Origin: Mobula hypostoma
Taxonomy: Eukaryota
Reading direction: 5' to 3'
DNA length: 64,000 nucleotides
Assembly (NCBI RefSeq): GCF_963921235.1
Contig: NC_086101.1
Span: 30,008,001-30,072,000 of the forward strand
In this document: positions 1 through 12,959 of the stretch, piece after piece
Numbering within the stretch: the stretch's first letter is position 1
Layout: each line of letters opens with the position of its first letter
Program-made: the position numbers and the translations under genes
The notes under the pieces: model-generated
The model's database searches: none
Told to the model about the DNA's origin: nothing
What the model saw: the letters and a program-made list of their open reading frames with translations, nothing else

Positions 1-659
1 GCTTCTTTAATTAACAAAACAAGGTACAGCAGGCATCATATGGAGATGGTTTTGGGGAAAGGTCTGCTGGCCCAACACGGGGCTCCATATTTTATGTACT
101 AAAAGTCAAAGGACAACTCCATATTTACAATGTATGAACAATGCTTTCGGTTTGCACCTACCTTCAAATTCACACCTCCTGATTCACATCGACACTACAG
201 ACATCCAAATGAAGTTTAATCAACGTTGTCTGGACTGGGATTCATAGCTTTTCAAAACCCATTGTTCAGAGCTGCAGTCCCAATTAAATGCACAACACAT
301 TTTTAGATGTTAGACTGGTAGACAAAGTCAATTGTTAAACGTGTATGTACTAAACGCAAAAAATCACTCTAATAACCATATAAAAAGTTTTGTTTTCAGC
401 TATATAAAGTGTAAAAGAGAGACAAAAGTGAATATTTGACCACTGTAAAACGACCCTAGAGAGATAGTACTGGGATGAAAGAAATGGTGGGTGAACTTAA
501 TGACTGCTTTCACTTATGGAAACCATGTTGACTTTGGCCTATTTTATCATATGTGTCCAAATATACAAGAGCATATACTTAACAATCAACTCGGGCATCT
601 TCCCAACCACCAAATTCAGGTTAAATTTCCTGTTATCTGCCTCACTCCCTTTTTGAAGA

Positions 660-1740
660 TTAGAATGACATTTGCAATTTTACAGTCCTCATGAGCCATG
701 CCAAAATCTGTTATTTCTAGAAAGATCATTGAGAATGCCTCCATAATCCCTTCCGAAACTTCATTCAGAACTCTGAGGTCTAGTCCATCTGGTCCAAGTG
801 ACCTTCAGACCTTTGAACTTCCTAAGTACCTTCTGCCTAGTAATAACAGTTGTGCTTACTCCTGCCCCTGACAATCGGGAACATATGATACACTGCTGGT
901 GTCTTGTACAGTGAAGACGGATGCAAAATCCATATTCTGTTTTGCCGTCGTTTCCTTGAAACCCATTATTATCTCTCCAGAGTTATTTTCCATCGGTCCA
1001 ATATCTGTTCTTACATCTCTTTTACCCTTTATATATCAGGAAAAACTCTTTTAATATGCTCTTTGATATAATTAGCTTGCTTGCCTTCATACTTCGCCTT
1101 TTCCCACCTTTTGGCTTTTTTTTTGCTTCCTATTGGTTTTAAAAAGTTTCCAAGTCCTTCAGTATTTACCCTCTCTTTTGCTTCTGTGCTGTTTTTGCCT
1201 TCCCTTGCGAGTCACAGTTGTGTCAACTTGCCTTTAGAATTCTCCTTCTTCGGGATGTATCTGTCTAGTACCGTACGAATTTCTTCCAGAAACTGCAGCC
1301 ATTGCCGTTCTGCCGTCATCCCTCAAAGTGTCCCATTCAAGTCAACTTTGGCCAATTCCTCCAACGTGCCTCTATAATTCCCTTTACCCTATTGTAATAC
1401 TAGTACATTTGAGTTTAGCTTCTCCCTCCCATACTGAGGGGTAAACATCATATGATGATCACTACCACCTTAATCTCCTTAATCTATTTCAGTTCATTAC
1501 ACAAAACCCATTCCAAAATAGACTTTCCCCTAACTGGCTCAACCACAAGTTGTTCTAAAAGGGCATCTTGTGGGCATTCTACAAATTCTCTACTTCGGAT
1601 CCAGCACCGATCTGATTTTCCCAATCTACCTGCACATTGAAATGCCTATTTATGATTGTACCATTGCCTCTTTGACATGCCTTTTCCATCTCCCATTGTA
1701 ACTTGAAACCTATATCCTGACTACAGTTTGGAGGCCTGAA
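660..1740 (-). mobile_element. Degraded CR1 LINE fragment (ORF2 endonuclease-RT linker region)
   Basis: The minus strand reads as a decayed version of the CR1 linker seen intact at 2018-3364 (EELAKVD, QWLQF, DRYIPKK). ORF 1081-1377 is its antisense shadow. Boundaries approximate. Confidence 0.7.
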
Positions 1741-1978
1741 TATAACTGCAATCAGGGTCTTTTTACATTTTTTATCTTAAATCCTTGTGCAAGGATTGTA
1801 CATTTTTTCAACATATGTTTTCTCTTTCCAAGGATTTGAATTCATTTTGTTTTACCATCAGACCCTCCCCAAGACCTCTGTCTACCTGCCTCTGCTTTCA
1901 ATAAATTAAGAAACATAGAAACATAAAAAATCTACTGCACAGTACAGGCCCTTCGGCCCATAAAGTTGTGCCGAATAT

Positions 1979-4757
1979 TGTGCATGTCTCTGGGAGCTGA
2001 ACGTCCAAGGATACACAGTGTATCGGAAGGATAGGAAGGTAGGCAGAGGGGAAGGCGCGGCTTTATTGGTAAGAAATGATATTCAATCATTAGAAAGAGG
2101 TGATATAGGATCAGAAGGTGCAGAATCTTTATGGGTTGAGCTAAGAAATAGCAGGGGTAAAAGGACCCTGATGGTAGTTATCTATAGGCCTCCAAAGAGT
2201 TGCAGGGATGTGGACTACAAATTACTACTGGAAATAGAAAAGGCTTGTCAGAAGGGCAGTGTTATGATAATTGTGGGGGATTTTAACATGCGAGTAGATT
2301 GGGAAAATCAAGTCAGCTTGGATCTCGGGAGAGAATTTGTAGAATGTCTGCGAGATGGCTTTTTAGAACAGCTTGTTGTTGAGCCTACTAGGGGATCGGC
2401 TGTACTGGATTGGATATTGTGTAATGAACCGAAGATGATTGGAGAGATTGAGGTGAAGGAACTCTTAGGAGACAGTGATCATAACATGACTGAGTTCACT
2501 ATGAAATTAGAAAAAGTGAAGCCGAAATCTGATGTGTCGGTATTTCAGTGGAGTAAAGGAAATTACAGTGGAATGAGAGAGGAACTGGCCAAAGTTGACT
2601 GGAAAGAGACACTGGCGGGAAAGACAGCAGAGCAGCAGTGGCTGGAGTTTATGCGAGAAATGAGGAATGTGCAAGACAGGTATATTCCAAAAAAGAAGAA
2701 ATTTTCGAGTGGAAAATGGATGCAACCGTGGTTGACAAGAGAAGTCAAAGCCAAAGTTAAAGCAAAAGCGAGGGCATACAAGGAAGCAAAAATTAGTGGG
2801 AAGAGAGGGGATTGGGAAGTTTTTAAAACCTTACAAACGGAAACCAAGAAGGTCATTAAGAGAGAAAAGATTAACTATGAAAGGAAGCTAGCAAATAATA
2901 TCGAAGAGGATACTAAAAGCGTTTTCAAGTATATAAAGAGTAAAAGACAGGTGAGAGTAGATATAGGACTGATAGAAAATGATGCTGGAGAAATTGTAAT
3001 AAGAGATGAGGAGATGGCAGAGGAACTGAACGAGTATTTTGCATCAGTCTTCACTGAGGAAGACAGCAGTATACCGGATACTCAAGGGTGGCAGAGAAGA
3101 GAAGTGTGTGCAGTCACAATTACGACAGAGAAAGTACTCAGGAAGCTGAATAGGCTAAAGTTAGATAAATCTCCTGGACCAGATGGAATGCATCCTCGTG
3201 TTCTGAAGGAAGTAGCTGTGGAGATTGCGGAGGCATTAGCGATGATCTTTCAAAAGTCGATAGATTCTGGCATGGTTCCGGAAGACTGGAAGATTGCAAA
3301 TGTCACTCCGCTATTTGAGAAAGGGCAAGGAAGCAAAAAGGAAATTATAGACCTGTTAGCTTGACATCTGTGGTTGGGAAGTTGTTGGAGTCGATTGTCA
3401 AGGATGAGGTTACAGAGTACCAGGTGGCATATGACAAGATAGGCAGAACCCAGCATGGATTCCTTAAAGGAAAATCCTGCCTGACTAACCTATTACAATT
3501 TTTTCAGGAAATTACCAGTAGGCTAGACAAGGGAGATGCAGTGGATGTTGTATATTTGGATTTTCAGAAGGCCTTTGACAAGGTGCCAGACATGAGGCTA
3601 CTTAACAAGATAAGAGCCCATGGAATTACGGGAAAGTTACATACGTGGATAGAGCGTTGGCTAATTGGCAGGAAACAGAGAGTGGGAATAAAGGGATCCT
3701 ATTCTGGTTGGCTGCCGTTTACCAGTGATGTTCCGTAGGGATCAGTGTTGGGGCCGCTTCTTTTTACATTGTACATCAACGATTTAGATTATGGAATAGA
3801 TGGTTTTGTGGCTAAGTTTGCTGACGATACGAAGATAGGTGGAGGGGCCGCTAGTGCTGAGGAAATGGAGAGTCTGCAGAGAAACTTGGCTAGATTGGAA
3901 GAATGGGCAGAGAAGTGGCAAATGAAGTACAATGTTGGAAAGTGTATGGTTATGCACTTTGGCAGAAACAATAAACGGGCAGGCTATTATTTAAATGGGG
4001 AAAGAATTCAAAGTTCTGAGATGCAACGGGACTTGGGAGTCCTCGTACAGGATACCCTTAAAGTTAACCTCCAGGTTGAGTCGGTAGTGAAGAAGGCGAA
4101 TGCAATGTTGGCATTCATTTCTGGAGGAATAGAGTATAGGAGCAGGGATGTGTTGTTGAGGCTCTATAAGGCGCTGGTGAGACCTCACTTGGAGTACTGT
4201 GGGCAGTTTTGGTCTCCTTATTTAAGAAAGGATGTGCTGATGTTGGAGAGGGTACAGAGAAGATTCACTCGAATGATTCCCGGAATGAGAGGGTTAACAT
4301 ATGAGAAACGTTTGTCCGCTTTTGGACTGTATTCCTTGGAGTTTAGAAGAATGAGGGGAGACCTCATAGAAACATTTCGAATGTTGAAAGGCATGGACAG
4401 AGTGGATGTGGCAAACTTGTTTCCCGTGGTGGGGGAGTCTAGTACGAGAGGGCATGACTTAAGGATTGAAGGGCGCCCTTTCAGAACAGATATGCGAAGA
4501 CATTTTTTTCGTCAGAGGGTGGAAAATCTATGGAATTTGTTGCCACGAGCAGCAGTGGAGGCCAAGTCATTGGGTGTATTTAAGGCAGCGATTAATAGGT
4601 ATCTGAGTAGCCAGGGCATCAAAGGTTATGGTGAGAAGGCAGGGGAGTGGGACTAAATAGGAGAAAATGGATCAGCTAATGATAAAATGGCGGAGCAGGC
4701 TCGATGGGCCGAATGGCCTACTTCTGCTCCTTTGTCTTATGGCCTTATCGTCTCATG
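1979..4757 (+). mobile_element. 5'-truncated CR1 LINE, ORF2 (APE endonuclease + RT) broken by a frameshift near 3360 and a stop at 3736-3738
   Basis: ORFs 2018-3364, 3361-3738 and 3745-4656 carry GDFN, SDHN, KSPGPDG, DFQKAFDKVP, KFADDTK and RPHLEYC. 3' tail is degenerate CTTATGG repeats. 6-bp TSD GAATAT at 1973-1978 and 4758-4763. Confidence 0.95.
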
Positions 4758-4763
4758 GAATAT

Positions 4764-5470
4764 ATCCTTACCTTAGAAATTTGTAGGCTTACCCATAGCC
4801 CTCTATTTTTCTAAGCTCCATGTACCTATCCAAACGTCTCTTAAATGACCCTATCGTACCCGTTTCCACTACTATTGCCGGCAGCCCATTGCAGGCACTC
4901 ACTACTCTCCGCGTAAAAAAACTTACCCCTGACATCTTTTCTGTACCTACTCCCCAGCACCTTAAACCTGTGTCCTTTTGTGGCAACCATTTCAGCCCTG
5001 GGAAAAAGCCTCTGACTATCCACACGATCAATGCCTCTCATTACTTTATGCACCTCTATCTGGTCGCCTCTCATACTCCGTCGATCCAAGGAGAAAAGGC
5101 TGAGTTCACTCAACCATCTTCATGAGGCAGGCTCCCCAATCCAGGCAACATCCTTGTAAATCTGCTCTGCACCCTTTCTATGGTTTCCATCACTTTCCTG
5201 TAGTGAGGCGACCAGAACTGAGCACAGTACTCCAATTGAGGTTTGACCAGAGTCCTATGTAGCTGCAACATTACCTCTTGGCTCCTAATTTCAGTTCCAC
5301 GATTGATGGAGGCTAATACAGTATGCCTCCTTAACCACATATGCGACCTGTGCAGCTGCTTTGAGCGTCCTATGGACACGGACTCCAAGATCCCTCTGAT
5401 CCTCCACACTGTCAGAGTCTTACTATTAATACTATATTCTGCCATCATATTTGATCTACCAAAATGAACC
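4764..5470 (-). mobile_element. 3' part of an older CR1; its extreme 3' tail lies at about 1909-1978, split off by the 1979-4757 insertion
   Basis: ORFs 5110-5472 and 4841-5113 (QLEYCAQFWSPH, RRSMRGDQIEV). The AGAAACAT tail repeats at about 1911-1925 join it once the insert is removed. Confidence 0.85.
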
Positions 5471-5479
5471 ACCTCATGC

Positions 5480-5730
5480 AGGGCTGGAGAAAGGAAAATC
5501 TAATAGGAGAGGGCAGAAGACCATAGAAGAAAGAAAAGGGGGAGGAGCAACAGAGAAAGGTAATGAGCAGGCAAGGAGATAAAGTAAGAAATGGACAAGG
5601 GGCTGGGGGATGGTAAAGTAGAGTGGGGTGGGGGACATCAATGAATGTTCGAGAAATTGATGTTCATGCCAGCAGGTGGAGACTACCAGATGGAATATAA
5701 GGTGTTGTTCCTCTAACCTGATTATGGCTT
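5480..5730 (-). mobile_element. Penelope-like element 3' fragment (end of GIY-YIG domain + purine-rich 3' region)
   Basis: LEEQHLIFHL motif, matching the intact GIY-YIG C-terminus at 63530-64000. Confidence 0.7.
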
Positions 5731-5899
5731 CATTTAGTTCTACTTTCATTGCTATTTTAGATTTTGTTCACTTGTTACACTGCAACTCATCTCCCTGATT
5801 GCAAATTTGCCCTGTAAGCTCACTTTCTTTCCTGACAGTATCACTGCACATTGAATCCAGTTGTATACCAGATGCAACATTCTTAGCTCTATAATTCTG

Positions 5900-6950
5900 G
5901 TTCCCATTCCTCTACCAATTTAGTTTAAAAATTGCCCAATAGCACCACGAAACCTGCCCACCCCCATCCCTCATCCCAGGGTTCAGGTATAACCAGTACC
6001 CTTTGTGAAGGCAGGTCATTCCTTCCTCAGAAGAGATCATAATGATCCAGGGTTCCAAAGCCCTATTTCTTGTACCAGTTACTCATCCACACATTCATCT
6101 GCCAAGTTTTCTTATTATTTCCCTCACTGGCACGTGGCGTAGGCAGCAATCCAAAAATTACTACTCTGGAGTTCTTCTTTTTCAATTTTGTACCTAATTC
6201 CCAAAATTTTATTTTCAGGATATCCTCCCTTTTCCTACCTATGTCATTGCTGCCAATATATACTGATATTGCTGGATGCTCACCCTGCCCCCCTAGAATA
6301 CCGTAGACCAGATCTGAGACATCAATTTCCCTGGCATCTAGGAGGCAATGTACCAATAGGCCTCTTTCACGTCTACATAATCTCGTGACTGCTACTCGAA
6401 CTATTACTGCTACAGTCCACTTCTTCCCCCTCCTCTTTGAGCCGCAGCGCTAGACTCAGTGCCTGAGAGCCAGTAGCTGTGCACTCTCCCCATCCCCGGT
6501 AGATCACCGCCCAATAATATCCATACTTATTGTTGGGATGATGGCCACAGGTGTGGTCTGCACTGGCTGCCCACTTCCATTTTCTCTCCTGACAGTCACA
6601 CAGGTACGTGCCAGGTTAGGGATGACAACCTCCATACAGCTCTTATCTGTCACTTCCTCAGTTTCCCGTGTGGTCCAAAGGTCAAGAAGTTGCAGTACTA
6701 GTCCCTCAATGAGTTCTCTGAGGACCTGCAGCTCTGTCCCCCTATGTAGATTGTTTGGTTAGGAGACCGGAGAATTCCGATCTCTCACACAAATACTTAA
6801 CACAGCCCCGGGAGCCATTCCCACTGCAGTAACTATACACTAACAGATGAAGAATGACGAGGAACAGACTGACTAGAAACTTACCTCAACCAAACCTGTT
6901 CACACTCTAACACTGGTCCACTCACACAATGACCTCTCTGCTTGGCCCTA
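5900..6950 (-). mobile_element. Degraded CR1 5' region/ORF1 (SGNH esterase-like)
   Basis: ORF 6063-6356: VYIGSNDIGRK, LLPTPRAS, MNVWM, parallel to ORF1 at 60904-61728. Confidence 0.75.
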
Positions 6951-6989
6951 CATTATCTTTAATTGCCATTGCTCATGAATCGTGATTTC

Positions 6990-8590
6990 AGTGGGCCATC
7001 GGAAACAGTCGAAAGCCTGCAAACTCTACTTTTTAAAATCTCTCTTCCAGACCCTGATAAACCTTCTGGAATTCTTTGAGTATATAACAAGCAGGCTAGG
7101 CAAAGAGGAATCGGTGAACGTTGTGTACTTGGATTTTGAGAACGCCTTTGAAAGGTGCCGCACATGAAACTGCCTAATAAGATAATATGTCGTGGTATTA
7201 CAGGAAAGATATTATCCCGGATAAAGGACTGACTTATTGGCAGAAGGCAAAGAGTAAGAATATACCGGTTGACTCGAGGTCTGTTTTGGGGCTGCTGCTT
7301 TTTACCTTATATTCCAATGAATTGGAAGAAAGAATTGATGGTTTTGTGCCCAGGTTTGTGGATCATACGAAGGTCGGTAGATGGTGAAAGAGTGTTCAGG
7401 AACCAGGGAGGATGCAGAAGGAATTAGAATAATGGGCAAAGAAGGGGTGATGGAATATCGTGTCAGGAAGTGTATGATCATGAACGTTGATGGAAGGGGA
7501 AAAAAAGCATAGACTACTTCTAAAAGGCAGAAAATTCGAAAATGTGCAGGATTCTCTGAAGGTTGTCTTGCAGGTTGAGTCGGTGGTAAGAAAAGAAAAT
7601 GTCATGCTATCACTTATTTGGAGAGGGTTAGAATAAGAAAGCAAGGCTGTAACGTTGAAACTTTATAAGACATTATTGAGACCGTACTTCAAGCATTGAA
7701 AGCTGTTTTTGGGCCCCTTATCTAAAGAACGGATGTGCTGGCGTTAGAAAATAGAACATAGAATAGTACAGCACATTACAGGCCTTTTGGCCCACAATGT
7801 TGTGCCGACCCTCAAACCCTGTCTCCCATATAAGCCCCCACCTAAAATTCCTGCATATACCTTTAAATTCCTCCATATACCTGTCTAGAAGCCTCTTAAA
7901 CTTCACTAGTGTATCTGCCTCCACCACTGACTCAGGCAGTGCATTCCACGAACCAACCACTCTCTGAGTAAAAAACCTTCCTCTAATATCCCCCTTGAAC
8001 TTCCCACCCCTTACCTTAAAGCCATGTCCTCTTGTATTGAGCAGTGGTGCCCTGGGGAAGAGGCGCTGGCTATCCACTCTATCTATTCCTCTTATTAGAG
8101 ATGGTGGAAAGGAGATTCACGAGAATGATCCGGGATATGGAAGGGTTAACGTATGAGAAGCATTTTATAGCTCTGGGCCCGTATTCACCGGAGTTTAAAA
8201 GAATGAGAGGAGATGTCATTGAAGCTGAGCGGTTACTGAAATACCTAGATTGAGTGGTAATGTAGCGAACGTTTTCTACAGTGTCGAAGTCTAGGACCGG
8301 AGGGCACAGCTTCAGAATACAGAGACAAACTTTTTGCAGAAAAATGAGGAAGAAGTTCTTTAGCAAGCGGGTGGGGAATCTGTAGAATTCATTGCCACAA
8401 TCAGCTATGGAGGCTAATTCATTTGTTAAATTTAAATCGGTGGTTGATAGTTTCTTCATTATAGCAAGGGCATCAAAGCTTGTGAGAAGAAGTCGGGAGA
8501 ATGGGGTTGAGAGTGATAGTAAATCAGCCATGATGGAATGGAGGAGCAGACTCGATATGTCGAGAAACTTAATTTACTCCCATATCTTCT
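6990..8590 (+). mobile_element. Old CR1 RT-3' end, interrupted by a younger CR1 tail
   Basis: NLLEFFE, VVYLDFENAF, RFVDHTK and ERRFTRMI fragments; CR1-type 3' end near 8500-8590. Confidence 0.75.
7749..8094 (-). mobile_element. Short 5'-truncated CR1 3' end
   Basis: ORF 7718-8077 (RLFPRA, FFTQRVVGSWNALP), AGAACAT tail, and probable 5-bp TSD TTAGA at 7744-7748 and 8095-8099. Confidence 0.8.
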
Positions 8591-9375
8591 TCTCTTATGA
8601 TTTTTACAACTGATCAAAACTGCACACAGTAATAATTTTAAATTTTTATATCCCCACATAGTTTAAGATTCTTTTAATTTAATGGGCTCGTCGGGATAAG
8701 TAAACGTTAGGCATGATAAGGTTCAATAATTTCAACATTGCTAATTTTTTCGGTTTAAAAAAGTAGACACTTTTGGTTAATTCCGCAAACAAAGATATCG
8801 TTAATGCTTAGTCATGATTGTGAGAAGATGTTCGAATATGCTAATCGCCTGAGCAACTGTTTTGTTCTTCTTGTTTAGTAATCAGCATTTTCCAGCAGGC
8901 TGTGGAGGAGCACAGAACGGAAACTGCGGATGAGGGGTAAACCATGAAACATGGAATAAAATGAGGTTATTGACAGAACTATAACTGCGCACTGAATAGC
9001 TCTCGAAGTTTGTTGTGCTGTGCAGATCATCACAGAAAGAAGTTCAGGGCAGTTGACAATACGCAGCACGCTGGGAGAGCTTTCTTCTGTCGTCATTTCA
9101 TGAAGTAAATTACATCTATTTATTTCCACTTCCTTTGTGTACGATCTATTAACACAGTTAACAATTTTAAACATTCGCTTTCTCTAGAGCAGCTCACGTC
9201 TACATTTGTTTTTACTTGCATTTCATTTCACCCTACTGGCAAAGCAAAGGCTAGATGGAGATCTGTTGTCTGAGATGCGTCATGCTATTTATTTTTAGCA
9301 GCAGATGTGACTCGGGATTTCTGGTTCATTGTTTCTTTGCTTAAAAATTCCGCAGTAATGGCACAGTTCATGTGT

Positions 9376-9383
9376 TATAAATA
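9376..9383 (+). promoter_or_regulatory. Candidate TATA box of GPCR gene 1
   Basis: TATAAATA starts 76 bp before the ATG at 9452. The identical octamer starts 73 bp before the paralog's ATG. Confidence 0.6.
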
Positions 9384-9451
9384 GGACACAATTTCTAAAG
9401 CAAAGGACTGTGGTTTGGCCAAGTTACAATCAATACAGAGTGCATCTAAAT

Positions 9452-12050
9452 ATGGGACTGCCAGTAATCTTACAGGTAGAGAACGTATTCTATCCTTTTC
9501 TCGCAGTCATTGGGGTTCCCGGTAAGACGTTTAAACAAACCTAGCGCGTTTCTTTCTTTAGGAACTTTAGATGTTTCCATTTTAACTTGGTGTGTTTTAT
9601 TTGCAAACAATATTATCTAGTTTTAGTGCGTTCAGAACGTTCCAAATTTCTACCAATATTAAAAATAACAGTCTCAGAGCTATGCAGAGAAAATTAAGTA
9701 GAGGCTGAGCTTATTTAGTGCAATTGTCACGGACAAATACTTTTCTAAAATTTTAGGTAATATGCATTTTGGCATTGTAACACAACCGCAGATGACAGTG
9801 TTTTTAGTTTTACCGATACAAGGTTAATGGGAACAAATGAAAATAATAAAATGTTTGTCGGCATCTCGTTTAACCAGTGCTATGTGATTGTCTAAATTAA
9901 TTTAAGGTCACCCACGCAAACCTCTGATTACCTTGTAGTAATGAAATCCCTCCGACCCAGTCGGCATGAAGCTTTCTGCTAAACAGAAGCTTTTAATATA
10001 CAACCTAATGTGATTGATCCGGGAATAGTGCGACTGCTGCTACTTACGTTGCAAACCGCGGAATAAATTGGAGCTTTAACTCATATGTTTTGATCATGTC
10101 CTTTGTTGAAAAAATATTAGAAAGATATTTTTCATATTCTCTCAACTGTTTTGAATATTGACTTACAACCTCACGCAATTACTGCCATTTTTGGGTTACC
10201 AATGATAGAATCAAGTGATTTGCACTTTTAAGGTCGCTTTCTAGACAAGAATGCATGAAGGGCCTAATAGAACTCGAGAAGTAGTTATTGAGATACTGTG
10301 AATGTCTATTTCTATTTTCTACGCTTCTTCTGTAAGGTGCTACCTGGGATTCCAACGCAAAATTACAGTCTATAGTATTGGCTGAAATATATAGTATTTC
10401 AACATTTTGAAGATTCAGAGAATCTGTAAGACTTTGCTTTGGAGGAATATGAGACTAGTTCAAAGAATCAATTCAGACATTACTGAATAGCAGACCAGGA
10501 ATAAAAGGTGGAATGGCCTCTTCGTGTTCAATTTTGCACGTTTTTCGGCAAAATAAAACAGAATCCAATGCCACAATACAGGAAAGATAGAGTAAACCCG
10601 GCATCTTCAAGGAATCTCCGTTAGTGAGAGTCACGTAGCAGCCTACCATTTTACTGTCCTCGAAATGAGTTTCCCAGAGATAATTCGACAATGCAGGGTT
10701 CAGTTGCGTATTCTGCAATGGGCTATGTTTACTATTTTCCCTATTACTTGAGCTGTAATTATTCCCAATTGCACGTATGTAATATTGGGCAGATCCTAAC
10801 ATTGTCTATCATTAAGGATGGATTCGCCAGGGTAGCTTTGATTAGTTTCTCGTGAAATTCAGTGATGAGGTGTCAGTGCCTGCATGCTTCATTTTCATTA
10901 CGTAAAGCTCACCGCCCACCGGAAAACGCAAACCATAAACCAGTAGAACGCTGCCAAGCAAAGACTCAACTGTTTTAAAATAATTACTTGAATCAACGAA
11001 ACATTAATTTTCATTTCCACTCAACATCAACTGGATTGTGTCAGAGAGCAAGTGCAATGGAGTAGGAAAGTAAAAATAGCAATTTTAAGCAAAAACAAAC
11101 GTAAGTAAATATTAATTTGCTTTAATCTTTTCATAGCTAATTTGCTCGCAATCATCATTTTCTCCCGTGGAAACTGTGGTCTCTCGAAATGCATCACTCG
11201 TTACCTGGTGGGCATGGCGATGGGCGATCTAATGGTCCTGATAACTGAAGTAATTCTTTATGAGATTGTAGACGGCTACTTCCCATATTCCGTTTTCAAT
11301 CATACTCCGTTTTGCAGATGGAATCTTGTCGTGCACTTCATCTCAATTGACTGCTCTGTCTGGTTGACCGTGGCTTTTACCTTTGATCGATTTGCTGCTA
11401 TTTGTTACGAGTCGCTGAGAACGAATTACTGCACTGAAAGGACAGCAGCTATTGTGATAGCGGTCGTGTGTTCCTTGAGTATTTTGGAAAATGCTCCATT
11501 CTATCTTATATATGAACCACGAGAAATAATTGACAACATACAGTGGTCCTGCTATGTAAAATCAAGTTTTTACACTTCGCCCATATGGGTGGCATTTTTG
11601 TGGTTAGAAACTCTCATGACAACAATTTCCCCTTTTGTGCTAATCTTGCTGCTGAATTCTTTAACTATCAGACATATTATCCAGGCAAACAGACTCAGGA
11701 GTGGACTTCGTGGAAATAATCAGTTTAAGAAGGACACTGATTCGGAGGTGGACAACCGAAGAAAATCAATAATTTTGCTTCTCGCTATTTCAGGCACTTT
11801 TATTCTCTTATGGATGGTCATTTTCATATGTTACCTATATGTGCAATTTAGTGACACACAATTTCTAGAAGCAAGTTACAACGATCCTTTCACTATAGCG
11901 GAGCAAAGTGGGTATATGCTGAGGTGTTTGAGTTGTTGCACGAACACTTTTATATATGCAGTGTCCCAGAGGAAATTTAGAGAAGAATTAAAAGATTTGA
12001 TTATGACTCCCTTCCGTCTTATTTCCAACATTATCAGAGAATATAAATAG
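9452..12050 (+). CDS. GPR139-like class A GPCR, gene 1; exons 9452-9521 and 11137-12050; 327 aa
   Basis: Exon 1 MGLPVILQVENVFYPFLAVIGVP ends CCCG|GTAAG. Phase-1 intron ends TTTTCATAG|CTAAT and restores GVPANLL. Seven hydrophobic segments, TM2 Asp, C3.25, FDRF, ECL2 Cys, NTFIY, helix-8 RKFREEL. No frameshifts or stops. Confidence 0.93.
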
Positions 12051-12249
12051 CTTCTTAAAATAAAATACTGTCATCTAAAAGTGAGAGAATTTGTTGAAAT
12101 AAATTCTGAACTTCGGAATTCTCAAATTGTACTGGTTAGACATTATTCATGATAGAAGTGAAGCCCCCTGTCTTAGTGCACTTTAATTGTAAATTAAACC
12201 TATTCTATTCTCTTGGCGTTTCCATCAGCTCTTTCTGCAGACCCTAGTA

Positions 12250-12400
12250 ATCATCAACACAAGAGGATCCTTTAGCCAATTCACCTTTTACCGTTCTTGT
12301 AATTTGGTAGAAAACACCACAGCATGCAGGGAAACCCATGCAGTCACAGAAAGAAAGGAAGTGCTACACAGATCGCATCAGACGTCAGGATTGAAACGAG
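12250..12400 (-). mobile_element. Degraded V-SINE/HE1-type SINE fragment
   Basis: Resembles the V-domain core from memory (ttagccaatt...gggaaacccatgcagtcacag...ggattgaa). Confidence 0.45.
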
Positions 12401-12959
12401 GTGGTTGAAAGATAAATAACCTAAAACATCTCCCGTTGTTCATGATGCACTCAAGCCATGTGGTCTCTATAAATGAAGTCAAATTTGTTTAAGGGATATT
12501 AATTAAATATTGAGCGAATCTGTCATTGTTCAAAGTTATAATTGGGGGAAAATGCAGGTAACCATTTGAATATTAGCTGAAATTAACATTCATTAACTTC
12601 ATGCGTTTCCACTTAACGAACTGAAGGGTAATCTGCAGGTGAACTGAAATGACCCTACTTGGCTTCTGAATTGTATTTTTAATATTCTAAAATAATATTG
12701 CAAATGTTTTGTTACAATGTATTAGGCATCTATGATAACAATGTTTCTATGTGTTTCTTAATATACACGAGCATGGATCGCCATTCGCCCAAAATGTTTA
12801 TGCACCACTTCACTTGCTTGTAATAATACATTTTGTAAAAGGCGAAGTATTAGATTTAGACTTTATATTGATTTAAGGTAAAGTGAAAGATTTGATTTAC
12901 TTTTCGATCAAGCATTCAAGAAGTCTGATCCTTTTGAAAGTCTTTGACTGAAAAGTGAT

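Noticed and set aside
1-300. Possible LTR-like sequence on the minus strand at the window edge
   Set aside because: Only a general resemblance; cut by the window boundary, with no terminus, TSD or partner LTR.
11142-12050. ORF-track starts for the GPCRs (TTG at 11142, GTG at 39586) as single-exon genes
   Set aside because: Both lack TM1. Upstream exon 1 and canonical GT-AG sites complete the proteins.
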